From Lama guanicoe (Eukaryota), in the NCBI GenBank assembly GCA_013239625.1, contig MU053561.1:1659818-1723817 (forward strand): a stretch of DNA of 64,000 nt, given 5' to 3'. Positions 23,930 through 38,430 of the stretch are shown here, piece by piece. A program made the translations under genes and the position numbers. Below the pieces are notes generated by a model. The model saw only the letters and a list, made by a program, of their open reading frames with translations, did not search any database and had not been told where the DNA came from. Positions within the stretch are counted from its first letter, which is position 1. The number at the start of each line of letters is the position of its first letter.

Positions 23930-26352
23930 TTTTTAAATTGAAGTATAGTCAGTTTACAATGTTACAATGTTGTGTTAATTTCTGGTGTACAGCATAGTGA
24001 TTCAGAAATATATATATATATATATACATATAGGGGCGGGTATAGCTCACGTGGCAGAGTGCATGCTTAGCATGCAAGAAGTCCTGGGTTCAAACCCCAG
24101 TACCGCCATTGAAAAACCAAATAAATCAACCTAATTACCTCCCCACTGAAGAAATATATATATCCTTTTCATAGTCTTTTTCATTATAGGCTATTACAAG
24201 GTATTGAGTATAGTCCCCTGTGCTGTACAGTAGGAATTTGTATCTATTATATGCATAGTAGTTAGTATCTGCAAATCCCAAACTCCCAATTAATCCCTCC
24301 ACCCTGCTCTTTCCCTCCTGGTAACTGTAAGTTTTTCTATGTGAGTCTGTTTCTGGTTTGTTAATAAGTTCCTTGGTGTCCTTTTTAAAGATTGCATATA
24401 TAAGTAATATCATATGGTATTTTTCTTTCTCTTTCTGGGTTACTTCACTTAGTATGATGATCTCTAGGTCCATCCATGTTACTGCCAATGGCATTATTTT
24501 ATTCTTTTTTATGGCTGACTAGTATTCCTTTGTATAAGTATACCACAACTTCTTTATCCAGTCATCTCTCGATAGACATTTAGGTTGATTCCGTGTCTTG
24601 ACTATTGTAAATAGTGCTGCTATGAGCATTGGGGTGCATGTGTCTTTTTGAATTAGAGTTTCCTCTGGATATATGCTCAAGAGTGGGATTGCTGGATCAT
24701 ATGGTAAGTCTATTTTTAGTTTTTTAAGGCATCTCCCTACTGTTTTCCATAATGGATGCACCAAACTGTATTCCCACCAGCAGTGTAGGAGTGTTGCCTT
24801 TTCTCCACACCCTCTCAGGCATTTATCATTTGTGGAGTTTTTTTTTGAATGGTGGCCATTCTGACTGGTGTAAGGTAATATCTCATTGTGGTTTTGATTT
24901 GCATTCCTCTGATAGTTAGTGATATTGAGCATGTTTTCATGTGCCTATTGGCCATTTGCATGTCTTCACAGGAAAAATGTTCGTTTATTTTTTTATTGGG
25001 TTGTTTATTTGTTATTAAATTGTAATAGCTGTTTGTATATTCTGGAAAATGAGCCCTTGTCAGTCTCATAGTCGGCAGATATTTTCTCCCATTCCATAGG
25101 AATGTCTTTTCATTTTTTTTTATAGTTCCCTTTGCTTTGCAAAATCTTTTAAGTTTAATTAGGTCCCATTTGTTTATTTTTGCTTTTATTTCTATTGCCT
25201 GGGTAGATTGCCCTAGGAGAACATTGCTAAGATTTATGTCAGAGAATGCTTTGCCTATGTTTTCTTCTAAGAGTTTTATAGTGTCTTGTCTTATGTTTAA
25301 GTCTTTAAGCCATTTGAGTTTGTTTTTGTGTATAGTGTGAGGGAGTATTCTAACTTCATTGATTTATATACTGCTATCCAGCTTTCCCAACATCACTTGC
25401 TGCAGAGGCTCTCTTTTCTCCAGTGTATATTCTTGCTTCCTTTGTCAAAGATTAACTCACTGTAGATATGTGTGGTTTATTTCTGGGCTCTCTATTCTGT
25501 TCTATTGATCCATGTCTGTTTTTATGCCAATGTCACACTGTTTTGATTACTGTGGCTTTGTAGTATTGTCTGAGGTCTGAGAGGGTTATTCCTCCAGCTT
25601 CAATCTTTTTTCTTGAGTATTGCTTTGGCAATTCTGGGTCTTTTGTGATTCCATATAAATTCTAGGATTATTTGTTCTAGTTCTGTGAAAAATGTCCTGG
25701 GTAATTTGAGAGGGATCACATTAAATCTGTAGATTGCTTTGGGTAGTATGGCCATTTTTAGAATACTAATTCTTCCAATTCAAGAGCATGGGATAGCTTT
25801 CCATTTCTTTAAGTCGTCTTTAATTTCCTTAATCAATGTTTTATAGTTTTCTATGTATCAATCTTTCACATCCTCTGTCAGGTTTATTGCTAAGTATTTT
25901 TTTTTATGTGATTTTGGAAAAGATTGTATTTTTACTTTCCTTTACCAATATTTCATTGTTAGTGTAAAGAAATGCAACAGATTTCTGTAAGTTTATCTTG
26001 TATCCTGCTACCTTGTTGAATTTATCAGTTTTAGTAATTTTTGTATAGAGTCTTACAGTATCATGTCATCTGCCTATAGTGAAAATTTTGCCCCTTCCCT
26101 TCCAATTTGGCTACCTTATTTCTTTTTCTAGTTTGATTGCTGTGGCTAGGACTTCCAATACCATGTTGAATAGAAGTGGTGTCAGTGGGCATTCTTGTCT
26201 TGTTTCAGATTTTAGAGGGAAGGCTTTCAGCTTTTCACCATTGAATATTATGCTGGCTGTGGGTTTGTCATAAATAGCTCTTATTATGTCAAGATATGTT
26301 CCCTCTATACCCACTTCAGTAAAAGATTTTTTTGTCATGAATAGATGTTGAA
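23930..26352 (-). mobile_element. 5'-truncated L1, about 2.4 kb (decayed ORF2 RT/C-terminal region + 3'UTR)
   Basis: ORF2 peptides on the minus strand ([62 protein letters not shown]); TSD cacccatcccttct (23915-23928) / catccatcccctct (26353-26366). Confidence 0.95.
24033..24149 (+). mobile_element. tRNA-derived SINE (Vic-1-like) nested in the L1 3'UTR
   Basis: ggggcgggtatagctcacgtggcagagtgcatgcttagcatgc...cctgggttcaaacccc; flanking agaaatatatatat at 24004-24017 and 24150-24163. Confidence 0.9.
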
Positions 26353-27461
26353 CATCCATCCCCTCTTTGCTCCTCTTATTAAACTGAGAAATTGCCTTTC
26401 TTCCTATCAAAGTCCAGTTATTGACACATTCTCTTGATCTTATCTTGCCTCCTCAAGGACTTTAGTCTCCCAAGTGCCTTCAGTATCTCTCTCTCTACTA
26501 GATAATTCCATCAGCCTGCAAACACAGCATCTCCTTACTTTACGTATACACATGCATACACACACACATACATAGATAGCTTGACCTCATACTCCCCTTC
26601 TGCCCACCCATCCACTGAACAGTCTTAGAGCCCTGGTTCCCCTTAACCACCAAACTTCTCGGAGCGGTGGTCCACACAAGTTGTTCTCCTACTGTTACTT
26701 CCTACTTACTCCTCCACACTTCACCATAACTGCTCTCATAATGTCACTCCTAACAACCAATACTTTCAGTCCTCCAGGTCTCTAGCTATATTTTTTCATA
26801 CCTTTTTGCTACTTTTCTCTTTGCCAGCATCTCCTCCTATATCCAATCTGTAAGTATTGGAGTTTCCAGCATGGTTCCAGGTTCAATTCTCATATTTCTT
26901 GAGCTCTCCTACCCCAGGGGATTTTTTTCTTTTCCCATGCAGTTAACTACTATCTCTGTGTTACCCATACTTGAATTTCTAACTCCAGCCAAACCTCTCT
27001 TCTGAGAGGAGAACGTGTATCTTCAACCACCTCCTTGTCATCTCAGGAGCATCTCAAATTTAACAAGATTATTCGGAACAGTCTGCTCACCTTAAGTAAA
27101 AACTGTTTATCACTCCAGCTCCTCTGTCTCTGGTAGTAGCAGATAGGGGCCCCTGGGGTTAGGCTATTAGATAAACCTAAGTTCTTGCCACCACAGTGTA
27201 CTCAGAATCCACCACTCGCCCTGCCCACCACCAACTGAGGTGTTTATTAGGCCAGGCTTGACTCCTTTAGGATAAATTCCCTTCCAGAAAGCTGTTTGTG
27301 TGACAGTTTCCTAGCATCCGCCTCTCCAGTCCCCGTGTATAGATGTGCCGTCTCACAGCTTGGGTTCCACCAGGGATCTCCACTCTCCTGGCTTATAAAA
27401 TGAATAAATGAGTAAAGAAGTGATTGGATGAAATAAAGAATTCATTCACCTGACAGGATAA

Positions 27462-27707
<246 letters not shown>

Positions 27708-29273
27708 TAAGATGTTCCTTTCACCTCTTGCCTTATGACCTACAGAGTCACTTGGGAAATCATCCCAATAACTATGTTTAATCTTCCTCAGCCTTTTCAC
27801 TCTCTTCAAGACCATGAATCACATATCCCCCATGACACCCTAATAGAGAAATATTTCTATTTGTAATTCACTTATGGTTTGAGCCAATATTTATTCAGCC
27901 ATGTGACTTGCTATAGGCACATTACATAGTGCAGGTGACAGATGAAATAATGAGCTGATTGTGCCGCCAAGTTGCTGACTGTCTTGCTGGGAACATACTC
28001 ATAAGGCAGTGTAAAGTGATTATTGCCCTGAGTGAAATACAGTGGTGATAAAACCAGACCAGTTAATCATGCAGAGCATGTAGCTTCCTGACCTCAGCTT
28101 CTCCCACTATCAGTCTGTCCTAGGCAGAGCCACCAGAATTTTGTTTCATTTTAGATTATTGACATAAAAATGATTTGACCTGGGCAGCCATGAGTAATTT
28201 ATTGCCACCTTCCCACGAACCCAAAAGGAGCTACTGTTGTCATTTGCTTCATATTTAAATGAGATGGCAGCCGTCACGTCCATTTCCTGTTTGACTCCCC
28301 TAATGTATCTCTGCTCTCAACTTGCTAGATTTAGGAGAGGTTATATTAAGGATTTCATAGGCAATATCAATACAGATTTATTTTAGTAATTGAAGAAAAA
28401 TCACTGCTTGGAGATTGAAAGTTTGTGCAGTCCTTGCACTGCTGTAAAATTGATCTTAATGGCCTATTGTGATATTTTCAGGTACCATCTTGTATTGATC
28501 AAAGTCCGACAATTATTTTCACCCCGCATAATCTCACGTTAATATAAATATGTTAATTACATATATTAATAATGCTAATTAAATTTAATGTAATAATAGA
28601 TATTATCATACTAATTACTATAAACTCATGTTTTAACACTAATAAAACAGTAATAGAAGGGCAAAATAGAGGAGAAAAATTTTAGGAAAGTGCACAATAT
28701 ACATTTTTTAAATTGAATGCAATAAATACATAGTTGCTGCATAAGACATAGCATTCACACTGATTGACATAAATACACAGAATGCTTTGGTAGGGAGCAT
28801 GCTCATATTCAGTATTTCCCTCTCCTGTAAACACCTCTACTTATAAAATACCACAAAGCTGCAGCTACTCGTAATTCAGGAGTAAAGCCAGATGTTGCTC
28901 AAAATGCTCAAAAGAGATTAGAACCAAGAAAACTTACAGCCTAAACTTTTTCTTTTTCCTTCTTTTTTTTTTTTTTAACAAAAACCCAAGCACACATTTT
29001 CCATGACGACAGGCCCAATGTATGTCTGTCCTCCGATTACGACTCTGTCTCATTTGCAAAAGTGATTTAATCTTCTGTAAACCGACCACGGCCTTCTTCC
29101 TGGAAGGGCAATAATGAAAACCAGCCTACATGACTGCATTCCAGCCAACCGGACTGTTTCTGGCAAGCCAGAGGGAGGATAAATGCATGCATAATGTATA
29201 GAACAATTGAACTGGCTGAGAGCAACCTGTTCTCTTTTACAATGACGGCTGCTCTTCTTTTATGGTATTTTGA

Positions 29274-29609
<336 letters not shown>

Positions 29610-30259
29610 TGATGCCGCTTGCGCTAGCCAGGGGTTATAAATTTCACAAATTCCAATCACACCCTGTGTTTACACCCCTGCGTAGCTAGCTACACAGAAC
29701 ACAGACTGCAGGTCAGAAGACTTGGTGATCCACCTACATTGCTCAGGAAAATCTGATCTAGAACTTTTCCCCAAAGCAGGAGCTGAATGGATCAACTGCA
29801 GATAATCTGTCCTTCCGGAAGCCACAGTCGGCAGATGGCCCGAGGGACATTGTAGCCTTGGATTCTTGCTCTGCTTTGCTACTGGCCTATTGTGATAAAT
29901 CAGAGGGGGTGTTTATCTTCCAGGCCTTAGACTAGGAAGTTGTGGGATGAAGGCCCAACCACACGACTCTTCTGCCATTTGGAGCCTCGGGGTCTTCACC
30001 TCAGGGGGTTGGACTAGACTACCTCTGGGGGATGAGAACAGAACTCTACTGTGTACTTCAGGTAGTAGAATTAGGATTCAGTGTAAGCCCGTGTGACCTA
30101 GAGGTCCAAGCTCTTTTTCCCATATGCTGTTGCTTTTATTGTTATTGATTAATAATATCCTTTGCGCAGTGCTTTGTAACCTACACAGCCACATCCCACT
30201 CTCTGTAACACAACATTTTAAAAATTGCTGTTCTAAATTAGAAATGGCTACCCCAATAA

Positions 30260-30460
30260 TCATAATAACTACCATTTACTGGGCACGCGCCGTGGGTCTA
30301 GGCTCAGTGCTCAAGGCTATAAGTGTGTCGATTCATGTAGTTTCCATGACAGCCCTTGGAAGTCTGTTTTATTATTTCCATTTTGCCAAAAATGACTCTC
30401 AGTCTACAGGCAGCTATTAAGTAAAGGAGTTGAGATTCAAACCCAGCTACTCCTGACTCT
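30260..30460 (-). mobile_element. MIR SINE
   Basis: ataataactaccatttactgggcac...taagtaaaggagttgagattcaaacccag. Confidence 0.7.
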
Positions 30461-31043
30461 CTCAAAGGATAGTTGTAACATTAAATAACTTATTATTGAA
30501 GCCAGTGAGGAAATGGTGCATAAGTTCCATAGTCTCTTTAGGAAAAATATTTAATGTGTAAAAATAAAACCATAGAAAAAGAGACTTTACGGGAGAATAA
30601 TGAAATCTTAGTAGAACCTATTTAGTTATAGATGAATAAACATAAATATGGGAGACAAATTTTCAAGGGTAATTTGTGGAAAACTGGCATTATTTTACAG
30701 TCAGAGCACAGATGCCCAGAGAAGCTGGTAGCTGTTTCAGTGGGACTGAAAGTTAACTGAAGCATGAATCGTTGATCCAGTCTGTTTTTAGCCACGTGGG
30801 AAGGAGAACTGGATCAATGGCATTTCTAACCGATTATGCAGCAAACACTAAAATACTCAAAAAGTGATTTGGCAAAAAAATCTGCTTCTATATAGATGCC
30901 ATCTAAGAGTGATGGAAATTTCAACCATATTTAGCTCCCAAAATGTGTGACCTTATCATAATCTTTCTGGGCCTCAACTCTAAAAATGAAGGGATGGGAA
31001 AATTTAATATCAATTCCAGAAGTAAAATATTCTGGTTATTTAA

Positions 31044-31418
<375 letters not shown>

Positions 31419-34400
31419 TGAACATGTGGCGCTGTGGTTCCCTTTACCCCATTCATTCATTTCACAGATGCTTCTTGATCACTGACTATAGAGAGGCTTT
31501 GTGCTAGGCTCTCTTACCTTCAAGACAATGATCACACTGAATGCCCAGTCATGGGTATAGCCCGATTCTTCAGCTTTTCCTGTGTGAATTAAAGACAAAA
31601 GAAAAAGATGTCGATGAAGATAGAGGATGCTAATTACTTTATTTGGTGACAGTAGAGTCTTAATATGTAATATATTCATTGTGAAAATAGTGAATTTTAC
31701 AGTTTGTCTGATTACACTGCCTTTCTTTTTTTATATATCAGTTCAAAGCACTGTTCTTCTAGGGCCTTGCTTTTATTGCCAAAATCATATTTTTAAAAAA
31801 CATATTTGGCCAACAGGATCTATCCTAACAGGATGACTTGTCCTCAACAATTAGCAGGCATTTGCTGAGAGTGTTTCTTGGCCCCTGCTGTCAAGGTGCT
31901 TGCAGAGAGGCAGGACCAAAACCGTGATCAGAGAAGCAGTGTTCGAGGTGCCACACATCTGTGTGCTTTGTTATATCATGCACACTCTGAGTTTCCTGTT
32001 CATTCAGAAAAAGAAGAAATGGGATGCTTTGAAAAGTAGCAAATGCTAGATATACGGGGGTGTTTCTGAAAAAAATGTTGAGCAACTACTTATCCTGGAT
32101 GTCGGGGAAGCTATCCAGGCATTCCTGTTACTGAAAAAGAGATCTCTCAGGTCTCTTTCTAATTGACCCCCTATCCCAACAAACAGGGGTCCAGAAGCAT
32201 TGAATCCCTTGCAGGGCAATGTATCTCAGCATCAAAAGGGGCTGAACTGAAAGCAGAGTCCTGGAGAGGGACCACAGTGAGGCTGCCTTGAAGGTGGCTG
32301 GGAAAAGCAGAGTAGAGGATGGGTGTCTGTGGATGGTGGGATGGTGACTGAGAGTAGCTGCTGTGAAACAAGCAGAAGACCAAACCTGACTGTGTAAGAG
32401 GAGGAGAGTGAGATCAAAGCCTGGAATAGTTTCTGAGCCAAAGTGTAGGCTGCCCATGGCTGTGGATTGGAGTACATACATTTCTCACCATAAGAGTCCC
32501 TGATTTCCTTACCTTAAGATGGATGTGCACTTAGCAGAGCAAGTGAAGACACTGAGGAAGGGGGCCTAGAGCTGAAACTTGAACGATGGACAGGATTTGA
32601 ATAAGTAACAGTGGACAGATTGGTTGGAGTTAAAAAGGCTATCAACAGAAGGCATTAGATGTCACCATGTAGCAACAGAATACTTAAGTCTGATACCTTG
32701 CCAACGGTAAGCATAAATTTTGGCTTTGAGCTCAACGCGGGAAACAAAGCTGAACCTAGAAAAGCTGGTGCTGAAGGCAGAGCTTGTGCTGGGCAAAACT
32801 GGTTACTCTGGACTCCCTTTGCTTTGCCTCCTCCCACTCCTTCATCTACACACCTCGCCTTTCACTCCCCTGCCCCTTAAACCTGAGCTCAGAAAAGAGC
32901 TTGCACTGCCACTTGTCCTTTATTGCTCCATGTGAAACTGGGCTGCGTTTCCCCATCCCAGCAACACTGACATCCCAAGTCATGTCGTGCTGTGAATATT
33001 CCATCCCATTTCACTGTAATTCTAGACTATGCCTAGCAAATGTGTGATATGTTCAGGAAGAGGCTATACCCCTGGGATCCTGAAACATCATCTCAAAGGC
33101 AGGTTTCTATTCATCTTCTATAACTGACCAGCTCTTCTACCAAGAACATAAAAATCTATGCCTAGCAAAAGCCCACATCCACAAATTTCAGTTTTGTGGA
33201 AATAGTCCTCCTCTCATTTGGGCCAAGTTCTGGCTTCATACCTTGTCAAAAACGTGTTCACTTTTGATTCGATAGGGCAGAGATCCCAGCCTGAATCATC
33301 ATTCAGAGGAGGCAATAATAAAAGTCTTCTAAAGCAGCCTCAAACCAAGAACCTTTGGCTCCCCTCCCTTCTGTGTGTCTTCTTTACCCTCAGGCACAGG
33401 CTGAGAAGAGCTGAAGTGCAGTGAGCCCAAGATCGAAGACATTCCATGGCATCATCAGTACGTAGATGTGAACAGCAAGGCACCCAGTTGCAGCTGCAAA
33501 AGACCCAGCACGGTTCCCAGCATCCTGTTTCCTACTCCAGGGTTAACCATTTTCTGTTCATTGGAAGATTTTAATCAGTTCTTTTTTTTAAGAAAGCGAA
33601 TGTGGCTATATTTTCCTTTTTAAAAATGTAGAGTGGAAGAGTTTAAGTGGCAATTAAAGTTCAGAAATTTCATGGTGAAAAAATATTATCAGCTGAGTTG
33701 AAATACTAGGTATGGTAGAACATTCCTGACTTCAGAACTGAAGATGAACGTCCAGGGTGTCTAGTGGGGCCATGAATGTAACTGTCAGGAATGAGCACAT
33801 TCAGCTGTCGCAGGAGACGCAGGGCTGTGCTTCCCGCCTGCCCACACCGATCTTCTATCAGCCACTTTGCTGATAGGTATTTATTGACCCTTTCTTCAAG
33901 CCAGGGCTGTGATCTGGGTTCGACTGCAGGAGACTTTCAGAGCCTAGGTATGCCTCTATAAGGTATGGTTTGTGAGTGAACAACCTGGCACTGAGGGTGA
34001 TGGGGAAAGGAAGCCTTGAAAGCAGTTCAGTAAGAGAGTTGGGATCCAGAAGAAAAGGCCATTGGACTCAATATTGAAGATTGGAATTCATTTTAAACTC
34101 AGGATCACTTAAGAAATACACAAACAACAAACCTATTTCTATTTACAAGGAGACTAAATGCACAGTGTAGATCCATGGTGTCTTGCTCTCAGATCTATAC
34201 GTAAGTTGATAATGGCCTCATATCCAAGCCAGGAGCCAGCCAAGTTGCCTTCTTCCTCTCTGGAAGAAGGAAAGCATTAATACCTTTGGCCACAAACAAG
34301 CAGACTATATTTCTGCTGAACCAAGGTAACGAAAGCTTTACATCAAATAAATGCCCATCAAGACGTGCTGACTGCTCACGGACGACATCTGCAACATCTC

Positions 34401-34598
34401 AAGTTAAGACTTTGGTTGCTGAAATAGGTTTCTGGCTTTTAGCATGTGATTTGCTGTTGGATTTTAAATTAAATGAACTATGGGATAATTGGGCAGAAGA
34501 TTTTTACTGTTTTTCTTATACATACAAACAAACATGTTTATATACCAGAATTTGGGCAAAGACTATCAGGTTGAAGTTTAACTGAAGAATTCTTAGGC

Positions 34599-34722
34599 TT
34601 TGTTTTTTGGGAGAAGTAGGTAATTAGGTTTGTTTACTTATTTTTTAACGGAGGTACTGAGGCTTGAACCCAGGACCTCGTGCATGCTAGGCATGCGCTT
34701 TACCACTGAGCTATACCCTCCC
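34599..34722 (-). mobile_element. tRNA-derived SINE (Vic-1-like)
   Basis: aggtaattaggttt...ttgaacccaggacctcgtgcatgctaggcatgcgctttaccactgagctataccctccc. Confidence 0.9.
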
Positions 34723-35596
34723 TACTGTAGCCCTCCCTCTTAGCGTGGATGCATGAAGCTCAGACTGACAGCTGCGCTGTGATAGTCAAGGCTAGGCGCT
34801 TCCCTGGACTCCTGCCAGACTGTGATTCAGTGGCCCCACAGGAAGCTTTCTCACTCTTACCACTTCAATTCAGGCACAGGATGAGCTTATTTAATCCTTC
34901 TTTGCTTTCAAGCAGACACACCTAGTGCTTTTCTACTTCCGGAAATGAAAGCCCGGATAAGAGAAGCATCTGATCTATAGCTTGCCTGCCAGACCATACA
35001 GCTTGTGGGTACTGTAGTAGTAGTAGTCTATCAGTATGTCTTCCAGGTTTTTTCCTCCCTAAAGGTAGCACAGGTGAAAGGAAGGAAAAGAGGCGAGGAG
35101 GAAAGGAGGAAATACTGATTGCACGTGCACTGCCGAGTACTTACACGGATGGTGCTCAAAGCTGTGCAGGTGATTTCCACTGTCGCCAAGTAAGAGCTCA
35201 TCCACAGCCTGTCTTGGGCTGAGGACAAGGAAACCACATATCCAGTGTGTTGCTTTAGGAACTGAGATACCTAAAAAATAGTCCACCCTGCTGAAATGAA
35301 TGAATAGGGCATTTTCCACTATGTTGAAGCATTCATTATGCTCCTACAATATTCGGCAGCCACAGCCTCTCCCAAGGGAGCAAGCAGTCTGCCTTGCGGT
35401 GAACAAGACGGGCCAGAAGGGCTCCACAAATGAAGGCTCAGTCCCCGTGGCTGGGATTCAGTGGTTTGGGGACCAGCTGGGGATGCACTTCCCTGTAAAA
35501 AGTGATAGGTTTGGCTCTAAAGGAGATTCAAACCATACTTCGGATTCCCGCAATATGAAACTAATAACTAATCATCACAAATTCTCTCACCTGTAG

Positions 35597-35860
<264 letters not shown>

Positions 35861-36069
35861 TAGCAAGGGAACACTGCCTACTGGGATTTCATGGGGGAGG
35901 GTGGAATCGAAGAAAGGCCCCCAGGCACAGCGTCAAAGGGCATTCACGTGGCAGGGGCTTTATCAGCCTCCCTGACTATCTGCCACACGCAGAGGTGATG
36001 ATAGAACCCACTTTCAGCCGTGGTGCAATGAAGAACATCTGGAACAAGGAGGGATACGGATACCTGAAT

Positions 36070-36620
36070 CACCATGTTTATTTGGCACCTGCCATGTGCT
36101 AGCCCTGAGCCAGGTGCTTGCAATACAGGAATGAGCAAGACCCAGCCCCTGTCCTCACTGAGGACATCCCCTTTAAAGGGGATGGCAGTCAAGCCAAAGG
36201 TGGTTTCAACCTAGCGTGATGAATGCTGGGAGAACAGGAAGCTGAGGATGCAGTAGAAGCAATAAATACGGCACCTGGCCTGATCCCAAGAAGAGCAGGG
36301 TGGAGAGGCTGGAGTCAGGGTAAGTGATGTGGTGAAGGCTGAGCATGAATTGCCCAGGCAAAACCTGACTGGGGAGAGGGACAGAGTGGTATTCTCAAGA
36401 GAGGGGCCAAGACGCACAAGGATGTGGAGGTCAAAGGAAAGAAGCCAGGATCACACCACGGGGTAGAGCAGTGCTCCCAGGCCATACTGCAAACTGGAGA
36501 GCAGCAATATGAGCTGGAAAGGCAGGAGCCAGAATGTCCTTTGGTGCTGAGCTCAAAAGAGTTTGGGTTTTACCCTGAAGGCCCTGGGGGACCATTGAAG
36601 GATTCTAAGAGGGGGAATGG
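36070..36620 (-). mobile_element. L2 fragment
   Basis: tttatttggcacctgccatgtgctag...gagtttgggttttaccctgaagg...ccattgaaggattctaag. Confidence 0.6.
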
Positions 36621-36924
36621 CATGATTCCTAGTCACTCTGGGGAGAAAAGTCTTTTTGACTCAGCGCCCCATCTTCCCATCTCTTTCTTGGCAATTGCTC
36701 AGTGGGCTCTGTTAGGAAAAACTGGCAAGTGTCTGTACCCATTAACTTCTTTCCTTCCTGAGACAAAACCTGTTTATTTGATCCTAATATCAGCAAATGG
36801 TTTCATGGTGTGAACATAACCATATAATCTCAGAATCCCATCAGATTCCATCATACCAGCATTTGATGAAAGCATCTCTCAGCTGGGTATTTCAAGTGTT
36901 TCTTTTTAATTATTCTTCTTTTAG

Positions 36925-37012
36925 CCTCCACAAACTGCCACTGCAACCCCTGGAAAGAAGAAAACACAATATGAGGAACCTCAGGCTCAACCTCCACCAC
37001 CACCACCACCAG
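36925..37012 (+). CDS. SPAG17: SPAG17 probable exon 9 (88 nt, phase 0/1), GC donor
   Basis: ttcttctttttag|CCT...CCAG|gcatgt; PPQTATATPGKKKTQYEEPQAQPPPPPPP; phase 1 end is required by the next exon. Confidence 0.88.
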
Positions 37013-37150
37013 GCATGTATGAAACCTGTTGTTGGAGCGTCAGCACCAGGAGCTGGTGCTTTAAGGAATGACTGTTACTTTCACATCTCTCTCTCTACCT
37101 ACAGATCCTGCACTTACCAGTGCATGATCATAGTTTGAATTTGTGGATGA

Positions 37151-37408
<258 letters not shown>

Positions 37409-38274
37409 TAAAAAAATACTATTTTAAAATAACACTCCTAATATCTGAAAGCATTCTTCTTTACAAAGATTAGAACATTTTAGATGAAACTAAAGTTTGC
37501 TTTATCAGTTTCAACTCTCTTTCTTTCGCTATGCTCTGGAACAGTTTATGTAACATTCCCGGAAGTTTTGGTTGACATCTTTAAACTATGTGGTGTCACT
37601 TTAATGAAAGAGAAAGAGGAGTAGGACAGGTGGATGGGGGAGCTAATGATCTTCAAATGTATTTAAAATTTGTTTCACACTTTTGGATTTAATTAGATTT
37701 TTCAACTCCTGCAGCCAATTTTAATCAGTCATGTTCTTTAATGTATATGTCCATTTTATTTTGTGTTTTCAGTATCAAAAAAGTTCTTTGTCCACTAATA
37801 TGCATTTTTAAGTTCCCTCTGTATCTGGTTATGTTCCTTTCCTATGACTGGTGTTCTTTTTTAGTGCCCTCCTTTCTTCATCACGGATTTCAATGAAACA
37901 GCAATTTTCTAAGAACCAGCATTTTATTTCATGGATCCACTCCTTTTCACTTATAAATTTCTTCATTTATCTTTATTATGTCCTTCCTTCTACTTTTTAA
38001 ACTTCATTTTAATTGAAATCAAATTTTTTTTCAGTCTTTTTCACTTTGTTTAAGACTATGCATTTCCCTTTGAGTATTTCTTTAGCTGCATCATGATGTT
38101 TTCAATGTATTCATTTCTAAATCTTTTAATTTCCACTGTTTATTGTCAGTTTCAAATTGTATTGCATGAGCTGCATGTTAAAAATGCTTTTTGATTTCCT
38201 GGGCTTCCTGTATGACCTGGCGCACCTGGTCAATTCTTGAGAGTGATACATATGCATTTGAAAAGAGTTTGTTA

Positions 38275-38430
38275 TTAACTAACTCATTTAATCCTAGAAC
38301 AACCCTATGGAGCAGGAACTATTTTTATTCCCCATTTTTTAGATAAGGAAACTGAAGCATAAAAAGGTTAAGTAACTTTTCCAAGTAGTAAGTAAGTGGC
38401 AGAAACTGCTTTTGAACCTAGTCCATCTAA
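38275..38430 (-). mobile_element. MIR SINE
   Basis: ctcatttaatcctagaacaaccctatgg...agataaggaaactgaagcataaaaaggttaagtaac. Confidence 0.85.

Larger units (their letters stand above)
23620..27230 (+). mobile_element. L2 remnant split by the L1 at 23930-26352
   Basis: L2-like text on both flanks (ataactttgcctcatcgttcacttgaaaaaatgga; cctcctcaaggacttt...ttccatcagcctgcaaaca; ggagcatctcaaatttaaca). Confidence 0.6.

Noticed and set aside
24135..26410. ORFs of 80-137 aa as host genes (also 39778-40673 and 51300-51695)
   Set aside because: They are broken L1 ORF2/3'UTR fragments or their antisense frames.
35064..35170. Purine-rich cryptic exon after ttttttcctccctaaag
   Set aside because: Phase-0 reading stops after 17 codons, the donor is weak, and exons 7 and 8 join cleanly without it.
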